The position numbers were made by a program, and so were the translations under genes. Shown here one piece after another: positions 59,558 to 64,000 of a stretch of 64,000 nucleotides of DNA. This DNA comes from Opitutia bacterium. GTDB taxonomy: Bacteria > Verrucomicrobiota > Verrucomicrobiia > Opitutales > Opitutaceae. The stretch spans positions 544,001 to 608,000 of the forward strand of contig CANJVR010000002.1 of assembly GCA_947478395.1 (NCBI GenBank), given 5' to 3'. The notes beneath the pieces were generated by a model, which worked only from the letters and a program-made list of their open reading frames with translations, ran no database searches and had not been told where the DNA came from. Position 1 is the stretch's first letter. Each line of letters opens with the position of its first letter.

Positions 59558-59652
59558 GCCGCTCGCGGCTGCGCTTTTGGCTAAATCGCCCTAAAAGCTA
59601 ATGGAGGCGAGTGAGACGAAAACTTTTCGACTTCCGATGGATTTCGCCGGCA

Positions 59653-62600
59653 TCAAACGGATGCCGCTGACGGACGCGCGCCGGTGACCGCTTCCGCGAT
59701 GTTCTGCGAGTACACTTCAGGTTCACCACGCTCCGGATTGAACTTCATCGAGACCGTCCGCGACACACCCCGCTCTTCCATCGTCACGCCGTAAATCGCG
59801 CTCGCCGCCGAAACGGTGCGCTTGTTGTGCGTGATAATAATGAACTGCGACTCGCCCACGAATTTTTTCAACAGCTCCGTGAAGCGGCCAATGTTCGATT
59901 CGTCGAGCGGAGCATCCAACTCGTCGAGCAAACAAAACGGCGAAGGCTTCACCATGTAGAGTGCGAAGAGCAGCGCGACCGCGGTGAGCGTTTTCTGTCC
60001 GCCCGACAACAGCGTGATGCTTTTCAGTTTCGTACCGGGCGGCTGCGCCACGATCTCGATGCCGCTCTCCAGAATATCGTCGGTGAGAATCAGCTCGAGC
60101 GCCGCGCGCCCCCCGCCGAACAACGTTTGGAACGTATACTCGAAGTTCTTTTTGATCTGCTCGAACGTCACCGCGAACTGTTGCTGCGAGGTCTGGTTGA
60201 TCTCGTCGATCGCCTTGATGAGCTCCGTCTTTGCGTTGGTGAGATCGTCGACTTGGGCGCGCAAGAAATCGTGCCGCTGCTTCAGCTCGGCGTACTCCTC
60301 GATCGCCACAAGGTTGACCGCGCCCATGCCGTTCAGGCGCGCGCGCAACGCGTCGATCTCGGCCTTGGTCCCGTCCCACTGAGTGCTATCAAGCGCGGCC
60401 AGATCCTCGGCCGTCGGCTCGGGCTTGGGTCCTTTGGGTTTCCGGCGGCGTTTCACGGCGCTGGCGTCTTCGCCCGCGGCCTCGGTCTTGTTTTCCGTCT
60501 CATCATCTTCTTCGTCGAGGTCGAGCGGCTGCACCCCCTCCGGCTCGTCATCCGAGCGCCACAGCAAAAGTTTCCAATCGAGACTCGCGATGTCGGCTTG
60601 AAATTCCCGGGTAACTTCCTCGGCGATGAACAACGCGCGCTGACGGTCCCCGGCGAGCTTGATTTCGTTGGTGGCGAGTTGGCCCGTGGCCGACTCTGAT
60701 TCCGCGCGCAGCGAATGCTGCGCCGACTCGAGCCGGTTAATTTCAATTTCCAGTGCGGCGAGTTCGCCCCGGATTTTCTCAACCTGTTCCTGCGCGACAA
60801 CCAAGGTTTCCGCCAACTGAATGGAACGGCTGCGCTGGGTGTCGGAATCGACGGCGAGTTCGCCAACTTGCTCGGTCCACGTCTCGATCTCCTGCTGACG
60901 CTGCACTAACAACTCGCCGAGTTGCTGCCGACGGCGTTCCATTTCGCCGAGACCGCGGTCGAGCACCTCCACTTTTTGGCGGCGTTCCGCGAGTTCGAGG
61001 CGCGCTTGGGCGAGCGAATCGCGTTTCACGTCGCGCTCGGTGCGGAGTTCGCCGATGCGACGCTCGCATTGGGCGATGCGCTCCCGCTGTTCAGCCGCGG
61101 CCGTTTCCGCCACGGTGAGTCCCGCCTGCGCTTTTTCCCAGCGCGCGTGAGCTTCGTTGCGCGCGTGCTCGAGCGAAACTAATTCACCCTCCATCCGCCG
61201 CAGCCGGTTGGCCACGTCGTCGACGTTTTTCTGCGCGTTACGCTGCTCGGCCTGCACCGCGGCGAGGGTTTGCGTCGCGGTGAGCACGTCGGCGCGACAT
61301 CTTTCAATCGTCTGCTCCGCTTCAGCCAGGCGCGTGTTAATCGCGTCGATGACCGATTTTTGTTCGTCGTGCGCCTTTTGCTCCTCGGCTAGGGCCCGGG
61401 CCGTTTCGCGCAGGTCGATTTCACGTTGCACGATGCTATTGGACGATTTCTTCGCACCGTGATGTCCGCCGTAGATTAAGCCCCGCCGGTCCACGAGATC
61501 GCCTTTACGCGTCGCGACCGCGAGAAACGCAAAGCCCGGATTGGCCCGCCAGAATTCGAGAAACGCTCCGAGATCGTCCGCGATGTAACAACTTCCGAAC
61601 AGGGCGAGCGCCGCGTGTCCGCTCTCGTCGGAGCCCACCGCCACCGACGCCGGCACTAGGCCCGCGGGCAATTCGTAGGCCGCTTCCTGACGAACGCCGA
61701 AATCCGTGACGCGCAAGATGGCCGAACCAATCTGCTCGCCTTCGAGTTGCGCGAGGATCCGCTGGGCCGTGCCGAGATCGGTCACACTGATCGCCTCCGC
61801 GGCGGCTCCGAGGATCGCTTCAATCGCTTTGCCGAATTCGGGTTTTACCTCGAGCCCGTGCGTGATCGGCCAGGCTTTCGCGCCCGCGAGTGCGCCATCG
61901 AGCCGGCCTTGCAACACGGCCTTGGCGCCCTCGCCGAAACCCTCCCAGCGCTCTTGCAGCTGCTGGAGAAGCTTCAAGCGGGCGGCGCGCTGCGCGAGCT
62001 GCCGGTCGATTTCCGAAAGTTTTCGCTGGGCCTCGCGAAATTCGTGCGTGAGATCGGTAATCGCCTGCTGCGCCGCGGCCGATTCGTTGTTCGCCCGCGA
62101 TTTTTCGGCGAGCGATTCCTCGGCGCGAACATCCAATTCGGCCGCGACCTGCGCCGCGCCAGTCTGCTCCTGACGCACACCTTCGAGTGCTTGCGCCAAC
62201 GCTTCGTGGCGATGTGCGCTGGTCTTTTGGTCGACCTCGTAGCCGGAGCAATCGGTGCGGAGGCGGGCCACGGTGCTCTCGAATTGGAGCAGCTGAAACT
62301 TCAGCTGCTGCATCTCCTGCTCAAGATGGGTCAATTCCCCCTCGACCACCGTTTGATCGCGGTTGCGCTGCTGAAACACCGCGTCGCTGCTGCCGAGCAG
62401 CCCGAGCTGCATCTGTTTGTCCTGAGCGCCGGAATCGACCTGCGCGGCTACTTCCCGCAACTGCATTTCAAGTTCACCCAAATTAGCGCGGGACGAACCG
62501 AGCCGGTCCTCGATGCCGTTGCGTCGGATCGTGGCCAGATTGGCGGCGTTTTCCGCGGCCTCTTTCTGGGAACGGACATCGTAGACGGCTTGCTGCGCGT

Positions 62601-63453
62601 CCTGGACGCGTTGATTGAGCCGGCTGCGCTGGAGCTTCTTTTCGTCGAGCGCAGCTTCTTCCGTTTCGCGATGGGCACGGCGGGAGTCGGCCTCGGCGCG
62701 CAGCGCGGCGACTTTGCTTTCGAGGGCGCCGAGCGTGGCGGTGAGTTGCGTGTGGTGAAACCCGCTCCACGCCAGACTGAGATGGCGGAGGCGGTGGTTA
62801 ATGCGTTTGTAGCGCATGGCCTTGGCGGCCTGGCGGCGCAGGCTGCCGATCTGGCGGCTCACTTCGCCGACCACGTCGGCCACACGCGCGAGATTCTGAT
62901 CGGTCAACGCAAGTTTTCCGAGCGCTTCGCGGCGCTGGCTTTTATACTTCGTGATACCAGCCGCTTCCTCGAATACCGCGCGACGCTCCTCGGGTTTCGA
63001 GGAAAGGATCTGGTCGATCTGACCCTGCGCCATGATCGAGTAGCTCGTCCGGCCCACCCCGGTGTCCATGAACAGTTTTTGAATATCCTTCAACCGGCAG
63101 GCCTGCCCGTTGAACGCGTACTCGCTCTGGCCGTCGCGGTACACCCGCCGCGTGATTTCGATTTCGTGAAACTCGCTGCCAAGCTGGGCTTCGCACTCGG
63201 TCAAAAGCAGCGACACCTCGCACATCTGGGCCGGCTTGCGCGTGTCCGCGCCCTCGAAGATCACGTCCTGCATTTTTCCACCGCGCAGGGCCTTGGCGCT
63301 CTGTTCGCCCAGCACCCAGCGGATCGCGTCGGCAATGTTGGATTTGCCGCAGCCATTGGGGCCGACGACCGCGGTGACCCCGGGCTCGAAACGAAGCGTG
63401 GAAGGATCGGCGAAGGACTTGAACCCGTGCAATTTTAGGGCCTTGAGATACAT
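59653..63453 (-). CDS. smc: Chromosome segregation protein SMC
   Basis: GFKSF, GPNGCGKSN, coiled coils, hinge, LSGGQ, LLDELDAPLD. Confidence 0.95.
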   Translation of the reverse strand: MYLKALKLHGFKSFADPSTLRFEPGVTAVVGPNGCGKSNIADAIRWVLGEQSAKALRGGKMQDVIFEGADTRKPAQMCEVSLLLTECEAQLGSEFHEIEITRRVYRDGQSEYAFNGQACRLKDIQKLFMDTGVGRTSYSIMAQGQIDQILSSKPEERRAVFEEAAGITKYKSQRREALGKLALTDQNLARVADVVGEVSRQIGSLRRQAAKAMRYKRINHRLRHLSLAWSGFHHTQLTATLGALESKVAALRAEADSRRAHRETEEAALDEKKLQRSRLNQRVQDAQQAVYDVRSQKEAAENAANLATIRRNGIEDRLGSSRANLGELEMQLREVAAQVDSGAQDKQMQLGLLGSSDAVFQQRNRDQTVVEGELTHLEQEMQQLKFQLLQFESTVARLRTDCSGYEVDQKTSAHRHEALAQALEGVRQEQTGAAQVAAELDVRAEESLAEKSRANNESAAAQQAITDLTHEFREAQRKLSEIDRQLAQRAARLKLLQQLQERWEGFGEGAKAVLQGRLDGALAGAKAWPITHGLEVKPEFGKAIEAILGAAAEAISVTDLGTAQRILAQLEGEQIGSAILRVTDFGVRQEAAYELPAGLVPASVAVGSDESGHAALALFGSCYIADDLGAFLEFWRANPGFAFLAVATRKGDLVDRRGLIYGGHHGAKKSSNSIVQREIDLRETARALAEEQKAHDEQKSVIDAINTRLAEAEQTIERCRADVLTATQTLAAVQAEQRNAQKNVDDVANRLRRMEGELVSLEHARNEAHARWEKAQAGLTVAETAAAEQRERIAQCERRIGELRTERDVKRDSLAQARLELAERRQKVEVLDRGLGEMERRRQQLGELLVQRQQEIETWTEQVGELAVDSDTQRSRSIQLAETLVVAQEQVEKIRGELAALEIEINRLESAQHSLRAESESATGQLATNEIKLAGDRQRALFIAEEVTREFQADIASLDWKLLLWRSDDEPEGVQPLDLDEEDDETENKTEAAGEDASAVKRRRKPKGPKPEPTAEDLAALDSTQWDGTKAEIDALRARLNGMGAVNLVAIEEYAELKQRHDFLRAQVDDLTNAKTELIKAIDEINQTSQQQFAVTFEQIKKNFEYTFQTLFGGGRAALELILTDDILESGIEIVAQPPGTKLKSITLLSGGQKTLTAVALLFALYMVKPSPFCLLDELDAPLDESNIGRFTELLKKFVGESQFIIITHNKRTVSAASAIYGVTMEERGVSRTVSMKFNPERGEPEVYSQNIAEAVTGARPSAASV

Positions 63454-63629
63454 GAAAGAGTCATTGTGTGCGGCCGGCGCGAACGCGGGCAAACGGAAAA
63501 ATTTGCGCCAGGCAACGTCTGCAAATTGGGTTTTGCCAGGTCAGCTCGCTCGCGAGTGCTCCGAAGCCCCCGCCGTGGGCTGGCTTAGAGCCCGCGCCTC
63601 ATCCATCCAAGCGAATTTAACCACGCGCG

Positions 63630-64000
63630 TCAGTGCGCGGCGCCCGGACGCAGCCCGCGCACCAGATAATAGCTACACGTCCAGCTGTTGTAGGTGTGGA
63701 GGGTGCAACCCGGGACATCGGCAAACTTGCTCGGGTCTACCGCTATCAGCTCAGCTTCGAAGCGTTCGCGGAAAATCGAGCTCATATGCGCCGTCCATTC
63801 GTCGTGATAGTTGATCTGGCAAAGCAGGATCGGCGCGCCCCCCGCTTTAAAATGCGCCGCCATTCGTTCGATCGGCTCGGAGTTCATCAACGCTTCCGCC
63901 CACCACGCGGCGCCGGGAAACCGCGCCTTGATGTCGGCTTCGAACGCCTCGTGCTGCACCGCGCCCCGTTGCGAAAATTCGATCCACAACAACCGCCGGG
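63630..64000 (-). CDS. Hypothetical protein, 3' part (begins beyond window)
   Basis: Protein-like open frame running off the window edge. Confidence 0.5.
   Translation of the reverse strand, partial: RRLLWIEFSQRGAVQHEAFEADIKARFPGAAWWAEALMNSEPIERMAAHFKAGGAPILLCQINYHDEWTAHMSSIFRERFEAELIAVDPSKFADVPGCTLHTYNSWTCSYYLVRGLRPGAAH

Overview
GC-rich bacterial chromosomal segment. Protein styles and gene order suggest Verrucomicrobiota (Opitutaceae-like); this is an inference. It is mostly housekeeping: kamA, dapF, ECF sigma/anti-sigma, fabV, prlC, prc, prfA-prmC, purD, glyA, pyrR-pyrB-pyrC, thiL, tsaE, lpxK, topB, fba, menB, smc, two TonB receptors, one tRNA-Phe and one TPP riboswitch. No CRISPR array, prophage, integrase or transposase is visible. 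The unusual layer is a dense population of small palindromic or periodic repeat elements: (1) 90-bp GTAG-footed REP doublets, two of which sit in frame inside an Snf2 helicase gene and add two homologous 30-aa peptides; (2) a GxxExxY nuclease-family gene enclosed by 31-bp inverted repeats built of 9-mers, inserted between pyrB and pyrC, with an empty relic nearby; (3) 7-mer tracts translated inside proteins. Also notable are an RF1 with substitutions in normally near-invariant motifs, a dCTP-deaminase-like/LOG fusion protein and a candidate sRNA. Functional calls come from motif recognition only; no database search was run.
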